DNA of 64,000 bases from Chloroflexota bacterium (GTDB taxonomy: Bacteria; Chloroflexota; Dehalococcoidia; DSTF01; RBG-16-68-14): the NCBI GenBank assembly GCA_003228685.1, contig QIFC01000123.1, positions 206-64,205 on the forward strand, read 5' to 3'. Made by a program: the position numbers and the translations under genes. Of this stretch, positions 1-9,302 are shown in pieces. The notes beneath the pieces were generated by a model, which searched no databases, was not told the DNA's origin, and saw only the letters and a program-made list of their open reading frames with translations. Numbering within the stretch: position 1 is the stretch's first letter; the number at the start of each line of letters is the position of its first letter.

Positions 1-357
1 GTCGAGGCGGCGGTCTCAGATGTTGTTACAGCGGCAGAAGAGGCGGCTGCGGCGGCCGAAGACCTCAAGCAAGAGCTGGGAGGCGACCCTGTAGTATCCG
101 AAAAGATGATCCTTTCCGTATTGGTCATCGCTCTCATTGGCGCCCTCATAGTTCTTGGCTTCCTCGCCGGGCTGAAGTTCTATGGACGCAGGGAATCCGA
201 AGTCAAGTTTGATAAAGAGATTGAGGCGCTCGTCTTGATCCTCGTGCTGGCCTCGATCCTCCTATTTGGCGTAAGCGGGCTGATGACGGCCCAGGGGATC
301 GTCGCGGTGCTGTCTCTGATCGCGGGGTTCGCTCTAGGACGGCAAACGTCCTCATAA
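1..357 (+). CDS. 3' part of a membrane protein (5'-truncated by the window edge)
   Basis: Frame 1 is open from base 1 (VEAAVSDVVTAAEE...) and runs into the 106..357 ORF; three hydrophobic helices at the C-terminus. Confidence 0.6.
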   Translation, partial: VEAAVSDVVTAAEEAAAAAEDLKQELGGDPVVSEKMILSVLVIALIGALIVLGFLAGLKFYGRRESEVKFDKEIEALVLILVLASILLFGVSGLMTAQGIVAVLSLIAGFALGRQTSS

Positions 358-577
358 GCAGACGAATCTACGAGTCGAGCAAGAGGTGGGTGACGTGATC
401 GGAGTCACTACACCTCCTTCAGGTGCGCTTCTGCGAGCCTAACCGCGCGGTTGAAGTCGCCGCGTGCAATCAAGCACGGGCTCGCAGCGGACTGAAAACC
501 AGCCTGCAGACGTCGTCCGCTGGCCACGCCCAGCGGCGTAGCGCGACGACATGCGGACTATAATGGTGCCACAGGCC

Positions 578-1717
578 ATGACCGCTGACACGGACCGTAC
601 GTCTCTCCTCACCGCGATGAGTGACTCCATTCTGGCGATGGCCGGCGAGCCACGTCTGGAGCCGGTGCTCCGGCGGCTCGTCGAAGGAGCGAGGGAGTTG
701 GTGGGGGCCCGCTACGCGGCAATCGGCGTGCCGGACGACGAGGGCGAAGGCTTCGGCGAGTTCATCTACGCCGGCATGAGCGACGAACTCGTCGCCGAGA
801 TCGGGCCGCTGCCACGCCAGCACGGCCTCCTCGCCGCCATGCTTCACGAGAAGGAGCCGTATCGCGCGGGCAACATCGCGAAGGACCCGCGGTTCAACTG
901 GTGGCCGGACGCGCATCCCAGAATGGCGTCCTTCCTGGGCGTACCGATCGCCTCGCGCGGCCACGTGATCGGCGCGTTCTACCTCACCGACAAGGAAGGC
1001 GCGCGCGAGTTCTCGCCGGCCGACCAAGAAGCGATCGTCCTCCTCGCGGCGCATGCCGCCGTAGCGATCGAAAACGCGCGGCTCTACGAGCGGAGCAGAG
1101 AGCTGTCAGTCGTCGAAGAGCGCAACCGGCTCGCCCGCGACCTGCACGACTCCGTGTCGCAGACGCTCTTCAGCATGACGCTCACGGCGGAGGCCGCGCT
1201 GGCCGCGATAGACGACGACTCGCAGTCGGCCGCGGCAGAAGTAGCGAACATTCGCGATCTCTCCCGTGCGGCGCTGCAGGAGATGCGATCGTTGATCTTC
1301 GAACTGCGGCCGGCCGGCCTGGAATCGGATGGCTTGGTGGCGACGCTGGAGAAGCACGTGGACGTGATGCGCCGGACCGGTCGCGGCGACGTCCGCATCG
1401 AAGCGGGCGCCTACCTGCCACAGCCGATGGCCGTCGAGCAAATGCTGTTTCGTATCGCGCAGGAGTCGCTCAACAACGCGTCGAAGCACGCCGGCGCGAA
1501 CCGCATCGACGTTGAGTTAAACATCGCGGACGGCAACGTGCGCCTCGCCGTGACGGACGACGGCGACGGCTTCGACGTTTCCGATCCTCAGATCAGGGCG
1601 CATCGCCTCGGCATCACGTCCATGGAGGAGCGCGCCGACGAGCTTGGTGGCCGTCTGCGTATCAAGTCCTCCAAGGGCAAGGGGACCCGCGTTCTGCTGG
1701 AGGTCCCGATTGCCTGA
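578..1717 (+). CDS. GAF-domain sensor histidine kinase (HisKA_3, NarQ/DosS type)
   Basis: GAF segment (HPRMASFLGVPI), H-box ERNRLARDLHDSVSQ, N-box QESLNNASKHA, G1 DDGDGF; TATAAT at 559-564 favours ATG 578 (551 possible). Confidence 0.92.
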   Translation: MTADTDRTSLLTAMSDSILAMAGEPRLEPVLRRLVEGARELVGARYAAIGVPDDEGEGFGEFIYAGMSDELVAEIGPLPRQHGLLAAMLHEKEPYRAGNIAKDPRFNWWPDAHPRMASFLGVPIASRGHVIGAFYLTDKEGAREFSPADQEAIVLLAAHAAVAIENARLYERSRELSVVEERNRLARDLHDSVSQTLFSMTLTAEAALAAIDDDSQSAAAEVANIRDLSRAALQEMRSLIFELRPAGLESDGLVATLEKHVDVMRRTGRGDVRIEAGAYLPQPMAVEQMLFRIAQESLNNASKHAGANRIDVELNIADGNVRLAVTDDGDGFDVSDPQIRAHRLGITSMEERADELGGRLRIKSSKGKGTRVLLEVPIA

Positions 1718-2375
1718 TCCGGTCCGTGTCCTGCCGATCCGCGTGCTGATTGTGGACGACCACGCGGTTGTACGGCAGGGGCTGAAGGCGTTCCTCCGTG
1801 TTCAGGACGACATCGAATTCGTCGGCGAAGCCGCGAACGGCGATGAGGCCGTCACGCAGGCCCGCTCGGTCCAGCCGGACGTCATCCTCATGGACCTCAT
1901 CATGCCGGGGATGGATGGTGTCCAGACGATGCGCCGGCTCAGCGCCGCTCGCGTCAATGCGAAGGTACTTGTGCTGACGAGTTTCGCGGAGGATGATCAG
2001 GTCGTCGCGGCCGTCAAGGCTGGCGCGGCCGGGTACTTGCTGAAAGACGTGCAGCCTCAGGAGTTGGGCGACGCGATCCGGGCGGTTCATGCTGGGGACG
2101 CCCAACTACATCCGTCCGTTGCCTCGAAGCTCATGCGGGAGGTCGCGGCGGCGGATTCACGGGACAAGGACGTGGACGCCCTGACGGCCCGTGAACTCGA
2201 CGTCCTCAAAGCCCTGGCACGTGGCATGTCGAACAAAGAGATCGCCGCGGAGTTGGGCGTGGCGGAAAAGACCGTGAAGACTCACGTCAGTAGCATCCTG
2301 CGCAAGCTCCAGGTCGCGGACCGCACTCAGGCTGCCCTCTATGCGGTCCGTGAGCGGCTAGCAGATCCGCAGTAG
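1710..2375 (+). CDS. NarL/LuxR-family response regulator
   Basis: IVDDH and ILMDL receiver motifs; LTARELDVL...GMSNKEIA...KTVKTHVS HTH; TTG start at 1710 after GGAGG, overlapping the kinase stop. Confidence 0.93.
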   Translation: MPDPVRVLPIRVLIVDDHAVVRQGLKAFLRVQDDIEFVGEAANGDEAVTQARSVQPDVILMDLIMPGMDGVQTMRRLSAARVNAKVLVLTSFAEDDQVVAAVKAGAAGYLLKDVQPQELGDAIRAVHAGDAQLHPSVASKLMREVAAADSRDKDVDALTARELDVLKALARGMSNKEIAAELGVAEKTVKTHVSSILRKLQVADRTQAALYAVRERLADPQ

Positions 2376-2447
2376 AACGCACGCATGGTCCCACTAGAAA
2401 GCTCAGCAGGTATGGGGCTCAGGACTAGCCCCAGGAGGACCTAACGA

Positions 2448-3695
2448 ATGCTTGAAGAGAGCCTCTACTACTTCAATCGTGCAGCTGACGTCCTGGATCT
2501 CTCTGAGACTCATCGCAAGGTGCTGCAAACCCCAGTGCGCACTGTGAAGGTGGAGGTCGTGACGGAGAGCGATAGTGGAGAACTGTTATCGCATATCGGC
2601 TATCGCGTGCAGCACAACCAGGCTCGCGGACCGATGAAGGGCGGCCTTCGTTTCCACCCGACGCTGAATGAAGAACACGCCACTGCCCTCGCCGGCTTGA
2701 TGACCTGGAAGACGGCGGTCGTCAACGTCCCTTTTGGGGGAGCAAAGGGCGGAATCAATTGCGATCCTGCCATACTTTCGTTGCTAGAGCTCGACGCGAT
2801 TACCCGTCGATTTGTCGAGGGTGTGAAAGACATCATCGGCCCAGCGGTGGACATCCCAGCGCCGGATGTGAACACCAACTCGCGGGTGATGGCTTGGATA
2901 ATGGACGAGTACTCGAAGTACCACGGGTTCTCGCCCGGCGTCGTCACGGGCAAGCCACTCGATCTCTTCGGATCCGAAGGTCGCGAGGAGGCGACGGGAC
3001 GGGGGGTTATGATCTGTCTGGAACAAGCGCTGGCGGACAATGGCCAGAACTTCGATGGGGTCTCAGTCGCGTTGCAAGGGTTTGGCAACGTCGGCAGCCA
3101 CGCAGCGCGCCTAATCGCAGAGCGCGGAGGGAATGTCGTTGCCGTGGCCGACCACCTCGGAGGCGTGGAGCGTAGCGACGGTTTAGATGTGCCTGAGCTT
3201 GTTACGTACGCCAACGAGCATGGAACCGTCACCGGGTTTCGCGGTGGCAGCGCCTTTGACGGACCGGAAGTCATCACCTGGAACGCCGACGTCCTGATTC
3301 CCGCGGCGTTGGAGAACGTTATCACGAAGGACAATGCGGGTGACGTCCGTGCCGCGATCGTGATCGAAGCAGCCAACGGGCCAACCACCCCGGAAGCCCA
3401 CGAGATTCTCCAGCGACGCGGCGTGACGGTAGTCCCCGATATCTTGGCCAATGCGGGAGGTGTCACCGTGAGCTACTTCGAGTGGGCCCAGAACATCCAG
3501 CGGTTCCGCTGGGATCATCAGCGCGTCACGCAAGAACTCGAGAACATCATGCTGGAGGCGTACGGTGCGGTGCGCGGAGTCGCGAAGGAGCACAATGTTG
3601 ATCTTCGAACCGCAGCCTTCGTGCTCGGCATTCGGCGCGTAGCCCGCGCTGCGCTTTCGCGACGGACGTTGCGGAACCCTCCCGCTATCGGGTAG
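2448..3695 (+). CDS. gdhA: Glu/Leu/Phe/Val dehydrogenase (glutamate dehydrogenase)
   Basis: GPMKGGLRFHP, MTWK, PFGGAKGG, DIPAPDVNT, QGFGNVG, EAANGP, NAGGVTVSYFEW; AGGAGG RBS. Confidence 0.92.
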   Translation: MLEESLYYFNRAADVLDLSETHRKVLQTPVRTVKVEVVTESDSGELLSHIGYRVQHNQARGPMKGGLRFHPTLNEEHATALAGLMTWKTAVVNVPFGGAKGGINCDPAILSLLELDAITRRFVEGVKDIIGPAVDIPAPDVNTNSRVMAWIMDEYSKYHGFSPGVVTGKPLDLFGSEGREEATGRGVMICLEQALADNGQNFDGVSVALQGFGNVGSHAARLIAERGGNVVAVADHLGGVERSDGLDVPELVTYANEHGTVTGFRGGSAFDGPEVITWNADVLIPAALENVITKDNAGDVRAAIVIEAANGPTTPEAHEILQRRGVTVVPDILANAGGVTVSYFEWAQNIQRFRWDHQRVTQELENIMLEAYGAVRGVAKEHNVDLRTAAFVLGIRRVARAALSRRTLRNPPAIG

Positions 3696-3898
3696 CGCTC
3701 GCTGCCGGCGATCCCTGACGCATTCAGAATCGGACTCTAGCAGCTTTTCGCACTCAGCTAGCCTCGCCAACCGACCACCCAAGCCCAATGACCTAGGTCT
3801 AAAGGCGTAGCGTCGCCATCCCCGCGCCCGATGTGGCGCGGCGCGCGTTTGCCTACCGTGAGTGCAAGACGGCTAGCAACTCACTCGGAGGTGAAGTT

Positions 3899-4612
3899 AT
3901 GGAACTCTCAGGAAACGTAGCACTCATCACGGGAGCGTCTCGGGGGCTTGGGCTCGAGATAGCCAAGGCCTACGCGGAGCGCGGCGCGAAGCTCGTCATC
4001 GCCGCACGCCGCGGCGAACAGCTCGCCGCGGCAGAGGCTGTTCTGGCGACGGAGACGGACGTCGTCGCGCTGGCGTTGGATGTCTCGCGGGACGCGGAAC
4101 GCCTCGTGCGGGCGGGCATCGATCGCTTCGGCCGGATCGACGTGCTCGTGAACAACGCGTCGGAGTTAGGCCCCAGCCCGATGCCGGCACTCGATTCCTA
4201 CCCATGGCAAGAGCTGGAGCGCGTGTTCCGCGTGAACGTCTTGGCGCCCCTGCACCTGACGCAGCTGGTGCTGCCCGGCATGAAGGAGCGCGGCGCGGGC
4301 GTCGTCATCAACGTCTCGTCGGACGCGGGCGTGGAGGCGTATCCCGGTTGGGGCGGCTACGGCGCCAGCAAGGCGGCGCTCGAGCACCTATCGCGAACGC
4401 TGGCCGCCGAATTGGACGGCACAGGCGTGCGCGTCTACGCCGTAGACCCCGGCGACATGAACACCGAGATGCACCAGCTCGCAGAGCCGGGCGTCGATCT
4501 CTCCGGCCTGCGCGGCCCCGCGGCGTCCGCGCCCGCGTTCGTGCAGTTGGTCGAAGACCAGCCCGCTTCCGGCCGGTTCCAGGCGCAAGAGCTGTTGGCG
4601 CCCGTGAGCTAG
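3899..4612 (+). CDS. SDR-family NAD(P)-dependent oxidoreductase
   Basis: TGASRGLG, VNNA, YGASK; GGAGGTG RBS before ATG 3899. Confidence 0.92.
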   Translation: MELSGNVALITGASRGLGLEIAKAYAERGAKLVIAARRGEQLAAAEAVLATETDVVALALDVSRDAERLVRAGIDRFGRIDVLVNNASELGPSPMPALDSYPWQELERVFRVNVLAPLHLTQLVLPGMKERGAGVVINVSSDAGVEAYPGWGGYGASKAALEHLSRTLAAELDGTGVRVYAVDPGDMNTEMHQLAEPGVDLSGLRGPAASAPAFVQLVEDQPASGRFQAQELLAPVS

Positions 4613-4639
4613 AGCAGGTGCGAACTAAAGGAGCAAACA

Positions 4640-5692
4640 ATGCTGGCAACACTAGAACGTCCAACAACACAGACCACGAGAGCACAGATCCGGCCGCTCG
4701 ACTTCCAGCTCCCGGCAGCGCTGGAGGCGAGGGTACCTCCGGAAGCGCGAGGACTCGCCCGCGACGGCGTGCGCCTGCTGGTGAGCTACCGGCAAGGCGG
4801 CCGGATCGAGCATACGCGGTTCAGGCAGATCGCCGAGTTCTTGGACCCCGGTGACCTGGTCGTCGTGAACGACTCGGTCACAATCCCCGCCTCGCTAAGT
4901 GCCACGCGCCAGAACGGCGATGAGCTAACGCTGCACCTTTCGACCCGGGTCGGACCCGACACGTGGGTGGTCGAGCCGCGTAAGACGACCGTCCAGGCGG
5001 GCGAACGGCTCTCGTTGCCAGCGGGCGGCCGTGTTGAGATCATCGCACCGCATCACGGCTCGACCCGCCTCTGGAGGGCCCGCTTGGACCTGCCGCTGCC
5101 GTGGCTGTCGTACCTGGAGACGAACGGCCGCCCGATCGCCTACGACTACGTGGACGGCGAGTGGCCGCTCGCGATGTACCAGACGGTCTACGGCAGGAAC
5201 CCTGGTTCGTCTGAGATGCCCTCCGCAGGGCGAGCGTTCAGCGGCCGCGTGATGGAGGCACTGCGGCGGAAGGGCGTTGGCATCGCATCGATCACGCTCC
5301 ACACCGGCGTCGCCAGTCTGGAGGACCGCGAACCGCCGTATGAGGAGTGGTTCGATGTGGCCGCCGCGACCGCCGACGCCATCGCTGGGACCCGCGCGAC
5401 AGGCGGCCGCGTGATCGCCGTCGGGACAACCGTCGTGCGGGCGCTCGAGACTGCGGCGGACGCGAGCGGAGCGGTCATACCGCGGACCGGCTGGACCGAT
5501 TTAATCGTGACGCCCGAGCGAGGTGTTCAAACCGTCGACGGCATGCTGACGGGCTTCCATGAGCCGAAGGCCAGCCACCTGGCGATGCTGGAGGCGATCG
5601 CGGGACGCGATCATCTCGCGGTCACGTATAAGGCGGCGCTGACTGGTGGCTATCTCTGGCATGAGTTCGGCGACCTGCACCTGATCTTGTAG
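4640..5692 (+). CDS. QueA-family protein (S-adenosylmethionine:tRNA ribosyltransferase-isomerase-like, divergent subgroup)
   Basis: VVNDSVTIPA, YQTVYG, AVGTTVVRALE retained; EMPSAGR, TLHTG, TGFHEP and YLWHEFGD replace canonical QueA motifs. Confidence 0.88.
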   Translation: MLATLERPTTQTTRAQIRPLDFQLPAALEARVPPEARGLARDGVRLLVSYRQGGRIEHTRFRQIAEFLDPGDLVVVNDSVTIPASLSATRQNGDELTLHLSTRVGPDTWVVEPRKTTVQAGERLSLPAGGRVEIIAPHHGSTRLWRARLDLPLPWLSYLETNGRPIAYDYVDGEWPLAMYQTVYGRNPGSSEMPSAGRAFSGRVMEALRRKGVGIASITLHTGVASLEDREPPYEEWFDVAAATADAIAGTRATGGRVIAVGTTVVRALETAADASGAVIPRTGWTDLIVTPERGVQTVDGMLTGFHEPKASHLAMLEAIAGRDHLAVTYKAALTGGYLWHEFGDLHLIL

Positions 5693-5721
5693 AAGGCAAT
5701 GACCACGAAGCGGAAGGACAG

Positions 5722-5768
5722 GCCGGAAGAAAGCGCAGCTTTCTTCCGGCTAACCGTAGGTTAGCCGG
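5722..5768. terminator. Double hairpin between convergent genes
   Basis: GCCGGAAGAAAGC-GCA-GCTTTCTTCCGGC overlapping CCGGCTAACC-GTA-GGTTAGCCGG. Confidence 0.6.
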
Positions 5769-6308
5769 CTAGAGACCGGCCTCCATAACCAGCACGAGCT
5801 GCGCGTCCTTGCCTGTGATCTCGCCGTCGCCGTTCAGGTCGCCGTTCTCTTCGCACGGGAGGGACATCGTCAGACCTGCCTCCAGTTGGAAGATGAGAGC
5901 GGCGTCCTCTGAGTTCACGACTCCGTCGCAGTCCACGTCACCGACGGGCCCTGCAGGTGTTGGCGTAGCGGTGGGAGGAGGCGGGCTGGTCGCAGTGTTC
6001 GTGGAGGTTGGTGCGAGCGTGGCCGTCGCGGTGGCCCTTGGGGTCGGCGTAGCTGTCGGTGTTGGCGTGGTCGTAGTGCATGCGGCCGGTAACGTCGGCG
6101 TTGGTGTCGCCGTCCATGGCATCGGACCTCTCGCGCAGGGTGCCGGTACGCGGCATGGGAACGCGCACGGATTCGAAAGCGGCCGCTCCTGCTCGCCGCT
6201 CAGATCACCCTCTGCTGATGCCGAGACGAACGTGGCGGCCACCAGCACCGTGGCGGCCGCCAGCGTTGCCAGGACGATCAGCGGCAGGAATAGGCGAGCA
6301 AGCCGCAT
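5769..6308 (-). CDS. Secreted Pro/Thr-rich protein with C-terminal dockerin type I-like domain (paralog 1)
   Basis: Signal peptide, PT linker, GDVDCDGVVNSEDA...GDLNGDGEITGKDA Ca-loop pair. Confidence 0.8.
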   Translation of the reverse strand: MRLARLFLPLIVLATLAAATVLVAATFVSASAEGDLSGEQERPLSNPCAFPCRVPAPCARGPMPWTATPTPTLPAACTTTTPTPTATPTPRATATATLAPTSTNTATSPPPPTATPTPAGPVGDVDCDGVVNSEDAALIFQLEAGLTMSLPCEENGDLNGDGEITGKDAQLVLVMEAGL

Positions 6309-6481
6309 CGGATGCCTCTACCTTATGTCTACTTTGGCGCTTGTTCTGCGCCAACAAGGCCTAAGTTTTACCAGATTGGCACCAAGGCGATCAAGCGTGG
6401 TCGCGTTGCTTCGGCCCCACACATGGACTGGAAGCTCAACATGAGCACTAGCGAAACGACGCCCGTTGGCGTGGGCTAGAG

Positions 6482-6994
6482 TTAGAAACCGGCCTCGATC
6501 ATCAAAACGAGCAGTGCGTCTGCGCTATCGATCTCGCCGTCGCCGTTCACATCGCCGTTCTCTTGGCACGGGAGCGAATCCACCAAACCTGCCTCGAATT
6601 GGAGGATCAGAGCGGCGTCCTCGGAATTCACGACTCCGTCGCAGTTCACATCACCGGCTGGCCCCGCGGGCGTTGATGTAGCGGTAGACGTGGGCGTATT
6701 CGTCGGAGTGTTCGTCGGAGTATTTGTGAATGTTGGCGTCGGTGTATCCGTCGGCGTGGCCGTGAGTGTCTGTGTTGGCGTGTTTGTTTGCGGGTCCGGA
6801 AGACGGCATGGCCAATCGCACGGCGGCCCCACTGGTCCTGGACCCTTACATTCTCCCTCCTGAGGACAGCTGCGTCCCGCTGGGTCGGCGGGCACGCCTG
6901 TCGATGCGGAGGCGAATGTGGCGGCTAGTACTACAGCGACCGCCAGCGTTGCCAGGACGATCAAGGGCAGGATTGTAAGGCGAGCAAATCGCAC
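6482..6994 (-). CDS. Secreted Pro/Thr-rich protein with C-terminal dockerin type I-like domain (paralog 2)
   Basis: Same architecture as paralog 1; GDVNCDGVVNSEDA...GDVNGDGEIDSADA. Confidence 0.8.
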   Translation of the reverse strand: MRFARLTILPLIVLATLAVAVVLAATFASASTGVPADPAGRSCPQEGECKGPGPVGPPCDWPCRLPDPQTNTPTQTLTATPTDTPTPTFTNTPTNTPTNTPTSTATSTPAGPAGDVNCDGVVNSEDAALILQFEAGLVDSLPCQENGDVNGDGEIDSADALLVLMIEAGF

Positions 6995-7118
6995 CAGATG
7001 TTCCTACCTTATGCCTAATACAGGGATGAATTCTGACAGCATTGTTAAGTTCTACCAGATTCGTGCTTCGGCGATCAACATGTCGCTGGATCAGCGATGG
7101 AAGAAAGCGGAGCTTTCT

Positions 7119-8393
7119 TCAAGCTGAGCGAAGCTCAGCCAGGTGCGCTTCCGCGAGCCGGACAGCGCGATGGAACGCGCCCCGTGCCATCAGCGAGCGC
7201 TCCACCTTTGCACGCTCCGCAAACAGATCGCGGAACAGCTCCCAGGCCTCGCGGTTTTCTGGCTCGCCCTTCTTCACCCAGTCCGCCAGATGGCAAGCCA
7301 TCTGCAAGTCGCCGTCCTCGCGCAGCTTGCGCGCCCGCTCAAGGAGCGATTTCGAATCGACGGCGCCCATCAGTTCTCGCGCCACGTCGTCCGAGTGCGC
7401 CGGCAGGATGTGCGCGGGATCGCCGTCGTACCAGCCGCCGTAGAGCCGGTAGACGTTCCGCGCGATGAACTCCGGGTGGTCGTAGATCGGCTGGAGCCAG
7501 GGCTTCTTCGCCAGCTCTTCGGGGTACTCCATCTCGCGGATGATGTCCTCCAGCCATTTGCCCTCGTTCATCTTCTCCACGACCTGGTCGTGGATCGTGC
7601 GCAGCCACTGCGCCGTCGAAAGCAGCGCGTCCTGGATCAGCGACTCGCCCTGCATCACGGGGCCGTGGCCCGGCAGCAGCACCTCCGGGCGCAGGCCCGC
7701 CATGCGCTCCAGCGCGTCTGCCCAGTCCTTCGCGTAGCGCTGGACTTTGTATGGGTTGCCGGCGTTCGGTGACGACCAGACGAACGTGTCCCCCGTGCAG
7801 AGTACGCGCCGGGAGGCGCACCAGACCCACGTCTCGTCGTCGGTTTCGCCGCGGGCGTGGTACAGCTCGAAGCGCTCCCCGCCGACCTCGAGGTTGAGAA
7901 CGTCGCGATACGTGACGTCCGGGTAGACCCAGTTCGAGTCGTCCCACATCCCCATATGTTCCGGTAGGTCGAACTGTACGCGGTTGATGAAATTGTTCTG
8001 TTCGCGCAGCAGCTTGTAACGGTCGAAACGATTCGCCAAGTCCTCGTGCGCGACGATGCGCGGGCGCGGCAGCTTGCGCTCCTCCGCCTCCGCTCGCCAG
8101 CCGACGGCGCCGCTCGTGTGGTCGATGTGGCCGTGCGTGTAGACGATCGTCTCCACGGGCGCCTTGCTGTGCTTCTCTCGCAGCTCCTCAATCGTGCGCG
8201 GTGCGACCCAGCGCGGCGACGTGTCGACGACGACGAGGCGGTCGTCGCACTCGAAGACTGTGGACGTGCCCATCTTGGGGAAGAAGAACACCCCCGGCGC
8301 GACGACCTCCGACTCGCCCTGGTAGAAGAACAGGGCCTCCTCAGGTGGCTTTCCAGCCGCGTTGCGAACGTCTAGCTGCTCTTGATCGGCCAT
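7119..8393 (-). CDS. Alkyl sulfatase-like metallo-beta-lactamase-fold hydrolase with dimerization domain
   Basis: THGHIDH, GETDD, PNAGNP.KVQRY, LPGHG, YGGWYDG; GGAGG RBS before ATG 8393. Confidence 0.85.
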   Translation of the reverse strand: MADQEQLDVRNAAGKPPEEALFFYQGESEVVAPGVFFFPKMGTSTVFECDDRLVVVDTSPRWVAPRTIEELREKHSKAPVETIVYTHGHIDHTSGAVGWRAEAEERKLPRPRIVAHEDLANRFDRYKLLREQNNFINRVQFDLPEHMGMWDDSNWVYPDVTYRDVLNLEVGGERFELYHARGETDDETWVWCASRRVLCTGDTFVWSSPNAGNPYKVQRYAKDWADALERMAGLRPEVLLPGHGPVMQGESLIQDALLSTAQWLRTIHDQVVEKMNEGKWLEDIIREMEYPEELAKKPWLQPIYDHPEFIARNVYRLYGGWYDGDPAHILPAHSDDVARELMGAVDSKSLLERARKLREDGDLQMACHLADWVKKGEPENREAWELFRDLFAERAKVERSLMARGAFHRAVRLAEAHLAELRSA

Positions 8394-8459
8394 GCGAACA
8401 CCTCCAAGTTGGTCCTCAGCAGGGAACGGCACCCACTATACCCGACCAGGGCTCAGGCG

Positions 8460-9302
8460 TCAGGCTGCGGTTGAGTCGCTCGGCTCTTCGGTTGGGCGCT
8501 TTCGCTGAGCGCTCGACGCGCGCATGACGGAGATGATAGCGATGATGAAGAAGACGAACAGGATCACTTCAAAGATGCGGACGTTCCGCGCTGAGTCGTC
8601 GAGCGTAAGGTTGAAAAACTCCCCCATCAGGTATCCAGCCGACATGTATGCGAACACCCAGATTGAGACACCGATGTAGTCGAGCAACATCCAGCGCGCA
8701 AATGGCATGCGCAGAAAGCCCGCCGCGGCGGGGCCAACAAGCCGCGAGTACCCGGCGAAGTGATAGCTGAGCACGAGCCAGACGCTGTGGCCCAGTAGTG
8801 GTTCTCGCATTTCCTCCGCATAGCGGACAAGCCGGGACTCCGGCCCGAGCCATCGCCAGCCGTAGCGCCCCATCCCGTAGCTGATCGTGTCACCGATGAT
8901 CGCGCCGCCAATGCCCAGCAGTAGGGCCGGCCAGAAGGAGATCAGGCCGTCGTTGGCCGCCAGGCCTGCCAGCAACATCACGAGTGTGCCGGGGATCAGC
9001 GCACCGAGGAACAGGGTGTTCTCCAGGAGCGGCGCGAAGAACACAGTCTCATAGCCGTATGACTCGAATAGGTCCTTGGTGATCTTGATCGCTTGTTCAG
9101 TCAACCAGCCGAAACCGCCGAAGAAGTCCCGCACGGGCGCATACGGAGTAACCCGGCCAACCAGCACGATACCGCTGATGACGAGGATCCAGACCAGCGT
9201 GCTGGCACGAAACGGAGAACGTCGCCGGCTGGATTCCTTAGCGTGATCCTCAGCCGGATCCCCTGCCTGACCGTCAGCCTGGTCGTTAACTTCTTTCACC
9301 AT
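8460..9302 (-). CDS. DedA-family membrane protein
   Basis: LLENTLFLGALIPG, GAIIGDTISYGMGR, AAGFLRMPF. Confidence 0.85.
   Translation of the reverse strand: MVKEVNDQADGQAGDPAEDHAKESSRRRSPFRASTLVWILVISGIVLVGRVTPYAPVRDFFGGFGWLTEQAIKITKDLFESYGYETVFFAPLLENTLFLGALIPGTLVMLLAGLAANDGLISFWPALLLGIGGAIIGDTISYGMGRYGWRWLGPESRLVRYAEEMREPLLGHSVWLVLSYHFAGYSRLVGPAAAGFLRMPFARWMLLDYIGVSIWVFAYMSAGYLMGEFFNLTLDDSARNVRIFEVILFVFFIIAIISVMRASSAQRKRPTEEPSDSTAA

Noticed and set aside
426-490. GCCTAAC-containing inverted repeat as an integron attC site
   Set aside because: No matching GTTAGGC R' end, no integrase and no array
2318-3770. Duplicated regulator 3' end flanking gdhA
   Set aside because: Only a 9-bp match (CGCACTCAG), compatible with chance
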